NCBI GenBank assembly: GCA_963665095.1
Contig: OY762069.1
Location: 2,464,001-2,528,000, forward strand
Direction: 5' to 3'
Length of the DNA stretch: 64,000 nucleotides
Source of the DNA: an uncultured Desulfobacter sp.
GTDB lineage: Bacteria; Desulfobacterota; Desulfobacteria; Desulfobacterales; Desulfobacteraceae
In this document: positions 18,943-29,348 of the stretch, piece by piece
Layout of the letters: every line of letters starts with the position of its first letter
Position numbering within the stretch: the first letter of the stretch is position 1
The notes under the pieces: model-generated
Told to the model about the DNA's origin: nothing
What the model saw: the letters and a program-made list of their open reading frames with translations, nothing else
Databases searched by the model: none
Made by a program: the position numbers and the translations under genes

Positions 18943-20147
18943 AATTTGCTCCTGATGATACATTGAACCGTACTCTGGTTGACTTCGAATTGTAATTCAG
19001 GATTCCCATTATCCCTTAATTTTTTGCGGGCAATCTCAATCCCCCTGCCAAAGGCCTGGACATAGCCGAATGTCTTCAGGATATCTGCGATATTGGGATT
19101 GCGATAATCCGTTACACCCGGCGTTCCAAAATTTTCAACAGTGACATTTCCGTAAGGCCCTCCGGGGCTTGTAATCTCAATGCGGTCATTGAACCAGTAA
19201 ACCATTATGGGCGCGTTTGTTTTCTCATAGGTCCTGTGGAGAACCGCATTATAGATAATTTGATGAGCAGCCGCCAGGGGATAGGGTTGCGTTATATCAT
19301 GAGTGGCGGCAGAGGTCACATCAACGGATGTCCGATTGTGGGCGGTTAATTTTTCGTCAATCCGACGTAACATTTCAACAACTGCGCCGCCAATATCTTG
19401 TTCATCGATTACCGGGTCTGCCCATTCAACCCCGTCAATGCGCAGAAATTGAATCCGGGCGCCTGTGATAAAATCCTGGGGGCTTTTACCGATGGCCAGC
19501 AGTCCCATAATTGTCGGTGTCGTATCTGTTGGAGAAACAATTATTTTACAGGATGCCAACCGTTCTTCATAGGTGCGTCCATTTGATTCAAGAATATCCT
19601 CGGCAAAGGCAGCCGGGAGATATTCACTTTCAAAAATCACCCGGGACAGATCCGACAGTGTCGCGGTGGGTACCGGATAAAGATCAAAAGGAAGGCTTTT
19701 GTACCGTCTTTTTTCATTCAATATCCGTTCTTCCTGTTCGTTTGCAATGGAGCGGCGGGGACCCGTTCGGACCCAGATCCGGCCTTCATATTTAACCGGG
19801 GGCATGTCCGAGGGCATCACCGTAACAATTGCCATTTCAGCATTTTTTAAGACACGTTTCTCAACGGACAGAACCGGCAAAGGTAATATGTTTCCATCGG
19901 TCTTCATGTCGGCAAGCGCAATAAGCAACTGGTCGGTGATTTCAAGGTTTGATGGCTCTCCGTTATCTTGCGCGCCTATGAACAACACACCCGGCTCATT
20001 ATATCCGGGCAGATCATTGGCAAAAGCACAAACCGCCTGGCGGGCCTTTTTGGCAATACCTTTGGAGAAGGACTCTTTCCTTTCGGCCCGGTCGGATTCC
20101 AAGTCATTTAATAAGGCCAGTAGTTCATCATCAGTGAGCCTGTTCAT
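18939..20147 (-). CDS. AlbA_2/Schlafen domain + HATPase_c_4 protein
   Basis: ESDRAERKES...VCAFAN...GVLFIGAQDNG (AlbA_2), NAVLHRTY, DRIEITSPGG, RNPNIA...GYVQAFGRGI; no C-terminal HTH. Confidence 0.85.
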   Translation of the reverse strand: MNRLTDDELLALLNDLESDRAERKESFSKGIAKKARQAVCAFANDLPGYNEPGVLFIGAQDNGEPSNLEITDQLLIALADMKTDGNILPLPVLSVEKRVLKNAEMAIVTVMPSDMPPVKYEGRIWVRTGPRRSIANEQEERILNEKRRYKSLPFDLYPVPTATLSDLSRVIFESEYLPAAFAEDILESNGRTYEERLASCKIIVSPTDTTPTIMGLLAIGKSPQDFITGARIQFLRIDGVEWADPVIDEQDIGGAVVEMLRRIDEKLTAHNRTSVDVTSAATHDITQPYPLAAAHQIIYNAVLHRTYEKTNAPIMVYWFNDRIEITSPGGPYGNVTVENFGTPGVTDYRNPNIADILKTFGYVQAFGRGIEIARKKLRDNGNPELQFEVNQSTVQCIIRSKL

Positions 20148-20183
20148 TATCTTTTCCTATATCCCATATATATCCTGTCAACT

Positions 20184-20265
20184 ATCCGCAGATTACGCTG
20201 ATTCTCGCAGATGATTTTATATATCTTTTTCTGCGTCCATCTGCGTAATCTGCGGATCATTCAAT
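20184..20265. repeat. REP-like palindrome plus copy 2 of the 27-bp direct repeat
   Basis: ATCCGCAGATTACGC (20184) ... GCGTAATCTGCGGAT (20257) inverted arms; 20239-20265 = ATCTGCGTAATCTGCGGATCATTCAAT, overlapping the brxC stop. Confidence 0.85.
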
Positions 20266-23200
20266 AACGATCCTCACTTTTGACGGCTCTTTTCCCTGGG
20301 TCAGTTTGTCTATGTAATCCTCAAAACGTTTCTTCATCTCCGAAGGGGTGCCGGGTCCGGAATTGGCCTGGAGTTGTTTTTGCAGGTCTTCAACCTTTAT
20401 GGAAACTTTAACCAATCCGGATAATACTTCTTTCAAGCCATGAACAAAATTACTGTCAATGGGTGTCGGCAATTTTTTAGATTTAAGAAACCCATCCAGT
20501 TTTTTACGGTCATCTACCTTGAGCAAGTCCATATTGGCCTGTGTAATGGGATCTTCCAGGTTTGAATACAAAATCATGGTCCAATTGTTCACAAGCTCAT
20601 CGAGCTGTTCATCAAATTGATCCATTACATTGCTTTGTATAGCCATTTTCGTTTCTAAGGATGGCCTGAAACCACAATGAGGACAAATAGGGGAAGAGTC
20701 CAGATCTTTCTCCATCAGTGAGAAACAGGTTTTCAGCCCGGCCAGCTTGTTCTGGTACTCAGTCAACTGCTGCCTGGGCATCAGATCTATACCCGCCAGT
20801 TTTAACAACGTCTGCAACCGTTGATCATTCATTAATGATGATTTGCGCTTGTCGTCGTTTACCCCTAACCGGGACTGAGTATGCAGATCAACATAAAAAA
20901 CCAGATATTCTTTTTTTAACTTTGACAGTGTTATTCCAATCTCATTGGATTTAGCCGCCACTTCTGACGGCTTGATTCCTTTGAGGGATTCCAGAACGCT
21001 AAGTTTTGCCTGCTTCATATCTACAGTCCATTGGTGATCTGAAGGCAGGACGGCTTCGGCGGTGGTCAGCCAGGATGCCTGTGGCCCATACTCCATTACA
21101 AATTCACGCAGGGCTGCCAATTCATCAGTAACCCTTATGGCCTTTTGATGTTCTAAGATCTCATCAGAACTGTATTTGAAATTTTTAAGTTTCCCCGGTG
21201 ACGAGTAGGCCTGGAGGGATTCAAAAAAGGTTTTTGCTTTGTTCAACGCATCAGATCTGTCCTTGGCACCTGTAATATTGAGAATATCAACACCCCAGAA
21301 CGTAACTCCTTCACGGATAAACTGCTGACTCATAACAATACGCTTAACAAGCTTATTCAATTTTGTCTGGAGTTGCTGAACCGGTTCGTCTTTTCCTTTG
21401 GTTACCATCTGGGCCATGCCGGCGGGTAAACCCACCATCTCAAATAATGTCTTTAACGCCGGTATATTCCAGTCTTTGGGCTGTTCCAGATGTTTGAACC
21501 GGACTAAGTCTTCCAACTTTGCAGCAGCAAGCTGGGGCAATGCGGTAGCATCAAACTTTTTACCCGGCACGGCAAGAACGATTTCCCCTGTATACACCAA
21601 TGAAGCGACAACCACGATCACCCATTCCGGTTCCAGCCTTGAACCACCGGGGTTCATATATTCCAATCCCTGATCATCATGAATGATCTCATTGCGGTTG
21701 ATTACCTGGCCGTGTCCCTTTCCTTTTACAATATCAAGGATGAACCGGGTGTATGGCGATTGGTAGGGATCGATTTTTTCTCCATCGAGAAGGTCTAATG
21801 CATCGAGCACGGCAGTTGCCTGTTTGGTCCGTTTCTGCCCGGCAAGACTTCTGAGTGCGTCCTGGGCAGCCTGTTCCCGGTTGCGCCCCGTAATCAATAC
21901 GGAAAAGAAAGGATAGTCAGGCGCCTGGTTTTCAAAATGCGGGGCCAGACAAATCCCTGATATGGTATTTACAAGGTCACGGAAGTTAATGGTTTCATCA
22001 GGTGCAAGCCCGGTTAAATCCCGTATGGATTTTCCTTGAGCCCATTTTGTCATCGGCTTGGTCCGGCCTTGGTAAGTCACTTCAAAAGCATCTGACATAT
22101 TTTTCTGCAGCCATTGGACCAACTCCCGCAAGAAACCATTTGCCTTTGATTCATATGTTGCTTTAGCGTGACCTGAGGAGGTTTGTGCCAGACCCAGGGC
22201 AGCCGCATAATTCTTTAAAGATGCAGTGAATTCTTCATCTGTCTTTTTCAACCTGAAGAACAGCTCATCGCCTCTTTTCTCATCCGTGAACTTGGGCGGG
22301 TCATTGGGTTGAATAAAATACAGATAAAAATCCCTTTGGGGAACAACGGTTGACCGTTGGTTGGGCGCCCCAAAGAACAGGTATCCTGTTCTGGCGGCTT
22401 TACGATCCTGCCAGGTCAATTCATGCTGCCAGATGCTGTACCCGGTAACGTATGTTGTCGTATCCTGGCATTCCATCACCCGTTTAAGGGCTTCATAATA
22501 AAAACGGTCAAGCTGGGGGTTCCCAAGCGTATCCGCCTTGCTTTCGATAAGCGCATCAAAATCGTCGGTCTTTTTAAGATCTAAATAATATTGCTGGTTG
22601 TTCTTATTATGGGAGATGAACTGCCCACTTACGGTTTTATGGATTTCACGCAGGACCGTTTCTACATGGCCCCGCATATCCTTATCAACTTCATCGCCTC
22701 CAAGTTCAGCAACCATGGCGTCAAACAGGCATAACCGGTCCCTGAGTTCCTCGGCGGTTGCTCCCATGGGAGCATAGATGTCACCGGTTGTCAGTCTGTG
22801 AACGGAAAGCGCATGAATCAGACGAATCGCCATGGGCTTGTATTGCTTTCGGGTAATCGCATTATTGATCCGGGATTCTAACACCTGGCTGCACTCTATG
22901 ACGGCACGGATCTGTGGAATGGATCTAAAAGAGGCATTCTGATTCAACGTATTCCAATAGGAGTCAAATGCAATCAGTCCAGGTTCATCCTGGGGAATCT
23001 GCCTATCAAGCAGGTTCTTCATCCCAAGGGAGAGAGTTTTTAATATTTCCCTTTTCTCAACAACAGTGACCCTTTCAAACGTATCTATATAATCCGGATG
23101 AACAGGAAACAATCTGACGAATTCATCCATTCTTTCATTCATGTTTCCATAAAATTTTGTGAAAGGTAAAAGATAATCACGAATCAAGGACTGCTGCTCT

Positions 23201-23991
23201 GCCGTCTTTTTTAAAAGTCGTTCTGCAACAACGAATTTCACATCATTGCGTGCGATCAGAATCTGTTCAAACCTGTCTTTTACCCTTCGGATGCTGTCTG
23301 CGACAAATGCAAAACCCGGGCTATCAAAAATAGCTTCCTGAACCCCGGCCATGAACCTGAATCTCAAATCTTTACAGACTTCACCAACTTCACGTAAAAA
23401 ATTCAGATCAAGTATTATGTCATGGTCCTTACGTGTTTTGAGAAAATCAAGAAGCTCATCAACGACAAGGAGAAGTCCCTGATCCGGATAAACTTCACCA
23501 AATCGAGTCATCATCTCTTCAAATGCGCTTTTATGGTTTGAAATCGAGTCTGCTTCGGGGAAGACATAATCGACGCCAAGATTATCAAGACTCTCTTCAA
23601 GTTCTGCCACAAGTATGTCACGTAAAGACATGGTAGAGTATCCGATTTCAGTCCGGACGACTTTAAACCGTCCTGCTATCTTTGCAGCCTCTTTTTTGAC
23701 ATTGGGATGATTGATGCTATCCAGTAAAGAGGCATCAGCGGCAACACATGAAATTACAGACATCAGGTGGGATTTACCTGTACCGTAATTCCCGACAATT
23801 AAAAGTCCCTTATTGTCAACAGGCTGATCAAACTGAATCTGTGGAATGGCTAGTTGTGCCATCCTTTCAGCCATTTCATCGGATATCACATAGGTGTCCA
23901 CAAGTTGCTGTGCGGACTGGGACTTGTCCGCATCACGTAGCTGAACAATCGTTTCGATGGGATCAAATTGTATCAGTTCTCCGTATTTCAT
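20257..23991 (-). CDS. brxC: BREX-3 BrxC/PglY ATPase (DUF6079-like)
   Basis: [11 protein letters not shown]alker [12 protein letters not shown]alker B, FPVHP, C-terminal CPHCGF; 1244 aa. Confidence 0.88.
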   Translation of the reverse strand: MKYGELIQFDPIETIVQLRDADKSQSAQQLVDTYVISDEMAERMAQLAIPQIQFDQPVDNKGLLIVGNYGTGKSHLMSVISCVAADASLLDSINHPNVKKEAAKIAGRFKVVRTEIGYSTMSLRDILVAELEESLDNLGVDYVFPEADSISNHKSAFEEMMTRFGEVYPDQGLLLVVDELLDFLKTRKDHDIILDLNFLREVGEVCKDLRFRFMAGVQEAIFDSPGFAFVADSIRRVKDRFEQILIARNDVKFVVAERLLKKTAEQQSLIRDYLLPFTKFYGNMNERMDEFVRLFPVHPDYIDTFERVTVVEKREILKTLSLGMKNLLDRQIPQDEPGLIAFDSYWNTLNQNASFRSIPQIRAVIECSQVLESRINNAITRKQYKPMAIRLIHALSVHRLTTGDIYAPMGATAEELRDRLCLFDAMVAELGGDEVDKDMRGHVETVLREIHKTVSGQFISHNKNNQQYYLDLKKTDDFDALIESKADTLGNPQLDRFYYEALKRVMECQDTTTYVTGYSIWQHELTWQDRKAARTGYLFFGAPNQRSTVVPQRDFYLYFIQPNDPPKFTDEKRGDELFFRLKKTDEEFTASLKNYAAALGLAQTSSGHAKATYESKANGFLRELVQWLQKNMSDAFEVTYQGRTKPMTKWAQGKSIRDLTGLAPDETINFRDLVNTISGICLAPHFENQAPDYPFFSVLITGRNREQAAQDALRSLAGQKRTKQATAVLDALDLLDGEKIDPYQSPYTRFILDIVKGKGHGQVINRNEIIHDDQGLEYMNPGGSRLEPEWVIVVVASLVYTGEIVLAVPGKKFDATALPQLAAAKLEDLVRFKHLEQPKDWNIPALKTLFEMVGLPAGMAQMVTKGKDEPVQQLQTKLNKLVKRIVMSQQFIREGVTFWGVDILNITGAKDRSDALNKAKTFFESLQAYSSPGKLKNFKYSSDEILEHQKAIRVTDELAALREFVMEYGPQASWLTTAEAVLPSDHQWTVDMKQAKLSVLESLKGIKPSEVAAKSNEIGITLSKLKKEYLVFYVDLHTQSRLGVNDDKRKSSLMNDQRLQTLLKLAGIDLMPRQQLTEYQNKLAGLKTCFSLMEKDLDSSPICPHCGFRPSLETKMAIQSNVMDQFDEQLDELVNNWTMILYSNLEDPITQANMDLLKVDDRKKLDGFLKSKKLPTPIDSNFVHGLKEVLSGLVKVSIKVEDLQKQLQANSGPGTPSEMKKRFEDYIDKLTQGKEPSKVRIVIE

Positions 23992-24503
23992 GCCGGTCCT
24001 GCCTCTCTTATATTTTTTTCAATATCAATTGTAGATGTCCCATCCATACCTATGATTATTGTGTCTTCGGGGGCATAGGCCTTATATTCAGGATGGTCAG
24101 GTTCTGCATAGATAAGCTTATTTTTTTCGTACACGCCATTCCAGGATGCGACAATGGTCTTGTTCCTGGATAATCCCTGCAACAGTTTTAACGGATCTTG
24201 CTTTAATCCTTCGTCAAATAAGATTTCATTATTATCAAGGATCACTAATGGGCCGGCTTCATTAACGATTGCAGATATCACCTTCGGCAGTCTTAAAATC
24301 CTTCTCTTTGCCGTAAGCTCTAACAATTGTTCAGAAAGGACAATATTTGTATTTATTACCTGTGTCTCATACTCTTTTGCAACATCCGAAAGCACTGCTG
24401 TCTTACCGGAACCGCTTTCTCCCACCACCAATATCAACCTGTTGTATAATTCTTCAGCAGTGGGCAGCATTCCAATTATCTGGTTTTGTACTGACTTAAC
24501 CAT
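23988..24503 (-). CDS. brxF: BREX-3 P-loop protein BrxF
   Basis: [44 protein letters not shown]; probable start ATG 24503; ATGA overlap with brxC. Confidence 0.88.
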   Translation of the reverse strand: MVKSVQNQIIGMLPTAEELYNRLILVVGESGSGKTAVLSDVAKEYETQVINTNIVLSEQLLELTAKRRILRLPKVISAIVNEAGPLVILDNNEILFDEGLKQDPLKLLQGLSRNKTIVASWNGVYEKNKLIYAEPDHPEYKAYAPEDTIIIGMDGTSTIDIEKNIREAGPA

Positions 24504-24513
24504 ATTAATTCCC

Positions 24514-24729
24514 CTAATTATCTGAATTAGACCGCTGGGCTTTATTGGCTGCGCAACCTTTTTCAACCCATTCATCAACTTGAATCTTTTTGAATTTCCA
24601 GAGGCGCCCTATCTTATGAGCAGGCATCCCCTTATCATTGATCCACCGATAAATCGTATCTCGTTTGACTCCAAGATATTCTGCAATTTCATCAACTGAC
24701 AACCACCTGTCTTCCATGTTATTTCCCAC
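24514..24729 (-). CDS. Excisionase/MerR-like HTH (HTH_17) protein heading the BREX operon
   Basis: RWLSVDEIAEYLGVKRDTIYRWI..GMPAHKIGRLWKF. Confidence 0.85.
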   Translation of the reverse strand: MGNNMEDRWLSVDEIAEYLGVKRDTIYRWINDKGMPAHKIGRLWKFKKIQVDEWVEKGCAANKAQRSNSDN

Positions 24730-25662
24730 CCCATGGTCATTTCAAAGCCTCTTTCTATTGGCTATTATAACCAAAACAGCCTTTTCCAAGCTTAATCAAA
24801 AAGCAATAACTCAAACGAATTACATTGGAGATTACAAAGATAGGGAATAAAAATCAAATCGATTCTTTTCGATTTTAACCTATTTTATTGGGTTGTTTTA
24901 TAATTTAAACTCACCTTGAGGCAACAGACAATACCAACCTCCTGTGATTATAGGGGAAATGATGCTTGTGATAAATCTTGATCTTGTGTTCAGAGGAGGG
25001 GGCGAGGACTATGTCAAATATGAGGTCCGCTTTTCAGAAGAATGAACACAGTAGACTATCCCTGTCAGTACACACTTTTTAAATCCTCAAACCGGCGAGC
25101 AATATTACGTGTATCCTGGGGGTTCCGATTCCTACTAATTCAAATTTTTTAGCAGACCGCAATAATGGTATCTAAGCTCGTTTTTTCTCCCGATCCCCAA
25201 CCACAACATCTGGTATGTGGCCATATTCTGAACTTGTGGGAAAAATCAAGATTATGCCCTGTTAAATATCCTCGAAAGGCAGGACTTACAGAACAAAAAA
25301 AAGGCCCCACATTAACCGCAGAAGCGCCTTGCTTTTGGACCGGTTCAGCCTGGCAGGGTACCAGGGGCTTAAACGGGTCAGATTATGAATTCAACACATG
25401 CCGGATATTACCAGCCAAGGTTTTTAAATTCCAGTCCTCCTGGTCCTCTTCCATCTGCCGGGCCAAGTCAGTCATGAAACGCTCAAGCCGGTCTAACCGG
25501 TTAGAATTAAGATTCTTCCATCCATTTGTGATATTTTATAATTCCCCATTTTTCTTCATCCTCTTCGGTCCATTGATCTTCATTTTTTGGCGGCTTTTTT
25601 TAGGGAAATCAAGTGCATTCACGGCAAGGACATATCTTGTGTCGCTTTGCCCGGGGAAGGGG

Positions 25663-26670
25663 TTAGCTGTATCTCAACTCAAAACCACACAATAAATTCA
25701 TGATCAGCCTTATTATGGTGTCTTTCTGATTCGGTGCTGATTCCGCCACTAACAACGTCAAAGCAGCCAAGCCGGTATCGTTCATTATGGGGTTTCCATC
25801 TGGGTTCAGCAGCCGCCCATTTCGGTGAAGGAAATCCACGAATAAAAAGGCTCCGCTACGCTTATTGCCATCAATGAATGGATGATTCTTAACGACAAAA
25901 TAAAGAAGGTGGGCAGCCTTGCTTTCAATGGTGGGGTAGGCAGGCTCACCAAAAACGGTTTGATCCAGGTTGCCAAATATTCCGGCAAGGCTGTCAGGCT
26001 TGGAAGATTTGGCAAACAAATCTGAAGCCTGCCCCTGATCCATCAATTGAGATTATAACTTTACCAGTGATGCCATTGCATCCTTTGGGCTCAACAACAA
26101 TCCTCCCGCATGCCCTTTAGGATCTTCTAAAAGCCCTTCATCATACTGCTGAAGCCATAGAAAGGTTTGAGTATACCGGCCCATGATATCCACCAGGCCC
26201 CGGCCCATATCTGTCTGCAAAGAAGGCGATTGAGCAGCCCGCCGGATCAGGACAAGCGCCTGTTCAAGTTCTGCTGCATTTTGCTGGAATCGTTGCTGGT
26301 TGACAGAGTATCCTTTAACCAAATACTCCTTTAACCGGTGGGTGGCCCAGATACGAAACCGGGTTCCTTTTATAGAATTAACCCGGTAACCCACCGAGAT
26401 AATGGCGTCCAAATTAAATTATTCCACCTGATACGTCTTTTGATCTGCAGCAGTTGTTGCAAATTTTGCAACAACTGAGTCCCGAACAAGTTCGCCGGTT
26501 TTAAAAATGTTCCTTAAATGTCGGCTTATGCCTGATTTATCCACCCCAAACAATTCAACCATTTGGGCCTGGGATAACCATATAGTATCTTTTTCAAGAC
26601 GAACCTGTATCTCGGTTTGCCCATCGTCTGCCTGATAGATTTCAATCTGCCCGCATTTTGTCCAGGTCAC
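25663..26670 (-). pseudogene. RhuM-Fic/DOC family protein interrupted by two in-frame TAA stops
   Basis: Three same-frame fragments: TIWLSQAQMVELF...VAKFATTA; LDAIISVGYRVNS..GTRFRIWA; HPFIDGNKRSG (Fic motif). Stops at 26419 and 26053. Confidence 0.85.
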
Positions 26671-26699
26671 TTTGCCTGGGGCTTAATTTCACCTCAGTA

Positions 26700-27764
26700 T
26701 TACCTGATTTCCCTTTTACCGTCTGTATATTGAGAAAACCGGCCCTGCTGGGAACCATGTACCGGATCCGGCCGGGACCAGGGCCATCCGCCAAACTGTG
26801 TTTTCTGGTAATCATCATAGGCCTGTCTGATCTCTTCCTGGGTGTTCATGACAAAAGGTCCGTGCCGGGCCACGGGTTCGTTGATTGGTTTCCCCTGCAG
26901 CAAGAGCAGGCCGGCCTCGTGATTGCCGTTTTTCAGGGGTACCGGATGACCGGAAGCCAGATCCGCCGAATGGTAATTATTGATCATTGTTCCGGCAGCC
27001 TGGATCGTATCTCCGTTATAGAAATAGAGGGTCCGGTTGATACCCGGCGACGCTGCAGGAAGTGTCCATTGGGCATTTGCCCCCATTTTTATCAACCAGA
27101 TAGCCACCTCATTGGCCGGATCATTGGCCCAGGAGTCAGGAGCAGGCCCCGGGGGAACGGTATCCTGGATCGCCCCGGCAATCACCCTTATATCAATGGG
27201 TCTGCCCTGGGCGTCCTTTTCGTGGCGGGTGGGGATCTGTTCGGCCCACAGCATGGCGTAATGGGGGCATGCAAATTTTTTCCTTCGCGGCAGGTTCAGC
27301 CAGATCTGGAACAGCTCAAGGGGGTTGGATTTATCCTGATGAAGCAAAGGAAACATTTCAGCATGCTGGATGCCGGCTCCGGCCGTCATCCACTGCACAT
27401 CGCCGTTGCCGTAACGACCGGCAGCTCCCAGGGAGTCGGAATGGTCCACAAACCCGTTTAAAACAATGGTAATGGTTTCAAAACCTCTATGGGGATGGAC
27501 GGGAAAGCCCGGAACCCTTTGTCCATGGTACATCCGCCACCCATCCTTTACAGTAAAATCCTGGCCGATATCCCTGCCCGCCAAAGAGGCGTCAGGCCCC
27601 AACTGTTCGTTTCCTGTCGGGTAATTGTCCTTGTGATGGACACAAAAAAGAAACGGATTGACCGTTGGCCAATTAAACCCCAAGGGTTCAATGTTTGAAA
27701 CGATATTTAAAGCAGCTCTTTCAGACATTTTTCTCCTCTTTGTTTTTCTTACTTCCAGTTCCAT
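26700..27764 (-). CDS. Pirin family protein
   Basis: GFPVHPHRGFETIT, HSDSLG, VQWMTAGAGIQHAEM, FQIWLNLP, GPFVMNT. Confidence 0.93.
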   Translation of the reverse strand: MELEVRKTKRRKMSERAALNIVSNIEPLGFNWPTVNPFLFCVHHKDNYPTGNEQLGPDASLAGRDIGQDFTVKDGWRMYHGQRVPGFPVHPHRGFETITIVLNGFVDHSDSLGAAGRYGNGDVQWMTAGAGIQHAEMFPLLHQDKSNPLELFQIWLNLPRRKKFACPHYAMLWAEQIPTRHEKDAQGRPIDIRVIAGAIQDTVPPGPAPDSWANDPANEVAIWLIKMGANAQWTLPAASPGINRTLYFYNGDTIQAAGTMINNYHSADLASGHPVPLKNGNHEAGLLLLQGKPINEPVARHGPFVMNTQEEIRQAYDDYQKTQFGGWPWSRPDPVHGSQQGRFSQYTDGKREIR

Positions 27765-28214
27765 TCGGGCCAGGGCTGCCTGTTTTCCAGATTATAATGG
27801 CTTTGCTCAGCGGTTCCCTTCACTGGAACAATTATATTTCGCCCTGCGGGCTAATTACCGAATCCAACAGCTTTGATTTATAACTTAATAATCTTTTTCC
27901 ATAACGCAACGGGCATGCCCCGGGATAAACAGCCACAGGTTGCTTGGCTTGTTTTGCCCTGGCGTTCTTAGAATAGATCATTCGCTAAAAAATTTCACAG
28001 GTCACCAGGTTTGTTTTAGGTTTCCTTGAAAACGATGATCACCGGCATTGAAAAGTAACGTCCGTATAACAGGACCTTAAATTTAATAACTTACTATTTT
28101 ACTAAATAAAAAGTAATTTTGTTCCCTATATATTTGACAAAAACTAATTTTCTGTCTTAATAAGCATATATTATGCAACATGGATCTAAGTGGATCAAAG
28201 TGCTCTGAGCGTTC

Positions 28215-29348
28215 ATGATGTTTGAAAAAAAATTTGAATCTAAGGACAAAACTATGGTGACAGAACAAAAAAATATACACCAGGCAAATGTCTGTGCATC
28301 AATTATCGATACCGGACTTTGTACTGGTTGCGGCGGATGCGTGGGGTTTTGCCCCTACCTGCGAAGCCATAGGGGCGCAACGGTGGCGCTGTTCGAGTGC
28401 GACCGCCAGGATGGGAGATGCCGACGCTATTGCCCACGTATGGAAACCGATTGGGACGCGGTTCGCCAAAATTTTTTCGACGCAGCCGAACTCACCCCGG
28501 AAATTGGGGCATTCAAGGGACTTTACCTGACCCGGTCCACAGACCCCGATATTCGTTCAAGAAGCCAGCACGGCGGCACCGTAAGCACTCTGGTTTGTTT
28601 AGCCCTGGAACAGGGTCTGATAGACGGCTGCGTGGTGGCCAAAGAGGAAATGCCCATGCTGCCCCAAAGCATAACAGCCCTCAATCGCAACGAGGTGCTC
28701 GCGGCAGCCGGCAGCAAATTCGGAAACGCGCCGTCGGTGGCTGAATTCAACCGTGTATCTGCAAAAGGCGCAGGACCGCTTGGGGTTGTGGCAACCCCCT
28801 GTCAAGCCCGGGCACTGGCCAAGATGCGGACCAACCCGGCCGAAGGGGACGCCTCCCGGATGGACCGGCTCAAGCTGGTGATCGGCCTGTTTTGCGGCTG
28901 GACCCTGGATTGGCGGCAGCTCAGACAGATGGTACTTGATGCAACCAATGGCAAAAAAATCCTTGGCATGGACATTCCCCCCTCCAGTCACGCCTGTATG
29001 CAGGTGGAAACCAGTGACGGCACAATCGAAATCCCCATTGCCCGGGTCAACGACTGTGTCCGTGAATGTTGCGACTACTGTACAGACATGACAGCCGAGT
29101 TCGCCGATATTTCAGTGGGATCTGCCAGAAGCCCCGAGGGCTGGGATGTGGATCGGCACTGGAACCAGGTGATCGTTAGAAGCCGGGCGGGCGAGGCACT
29201 AATATCTCTGGCCAGGGAAAAGGGTGTTCTGGAATTCAAGCCGGTTCCCCAGGGAAACCTGGATAAGCTTAAAAGTGCAGCCGCGGGTAAAAGGAAACGG
29301 GGGGAGTCGAACCTGAAGAATATGGAGGTGCGGGAATGTCGATCATAA
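28215..29348 (+). CDS. FrhB/FdhB-family (F420 hydrogenase beta-like) Fe-S flavoprotein
   Basis: CTGCGGCVGFCP ferredoxin, QHGGTVS, VATPCQ, IGLFC, CDYCTDMTAEFADISVG. Confidence 0.85.
   Translation: MMFEKKFESKDKTMVTEQKNIHQANVCASIIDTGLCTGCGGCVGFCPYLRSHRGATVALFECDRQDGRCRRYCPRMETDWDAVRQNFFDAAELTPEIGAFKGLYLTRSTDPDIRSRSQHGGTVSTLVCLALEQGLIDGCVVAKEEMPMLPQSITALNRNEVLAAAGSKFGNAPSVAEFNRVSAKGAGPLGVVATPCQARALAKMRTNPAEGDASRMDRLKLVIGLFCGWTLDWRQLRQMVLDATNGKKILGMDIPPSSHACMQVETSDGTIEIPIARVNDCVRECCDYCTDMTAEFADISVGSARSPEGWDVDRHWNQVIVRSRAGEALISLAREKGVLEFKPVPQGNLDKLKSAAAGKRKRGESNLKNMEVRECRS

Noticed and set aside
17898..20265. Repeats as a CRISPR array or true integron attC sites
   Set aside because: Only two copies 2.3 kb apart, no spacers or cas genes, no GTTRRRY/RYYYAAC cores and no integron integrase in the window
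25165..25695. 176-aa plus-strand ORF
   Set aside because: Looks non-coding or antisense to short degenerate minus-strand fragments; no family recognised
26053..26421. Stop-codon readthrough (Sec/Pyl) in RhuM-Fic
   Set aside because: The stops are TAA, not TGA or TAG, and no SECIS-like hairpin is evident
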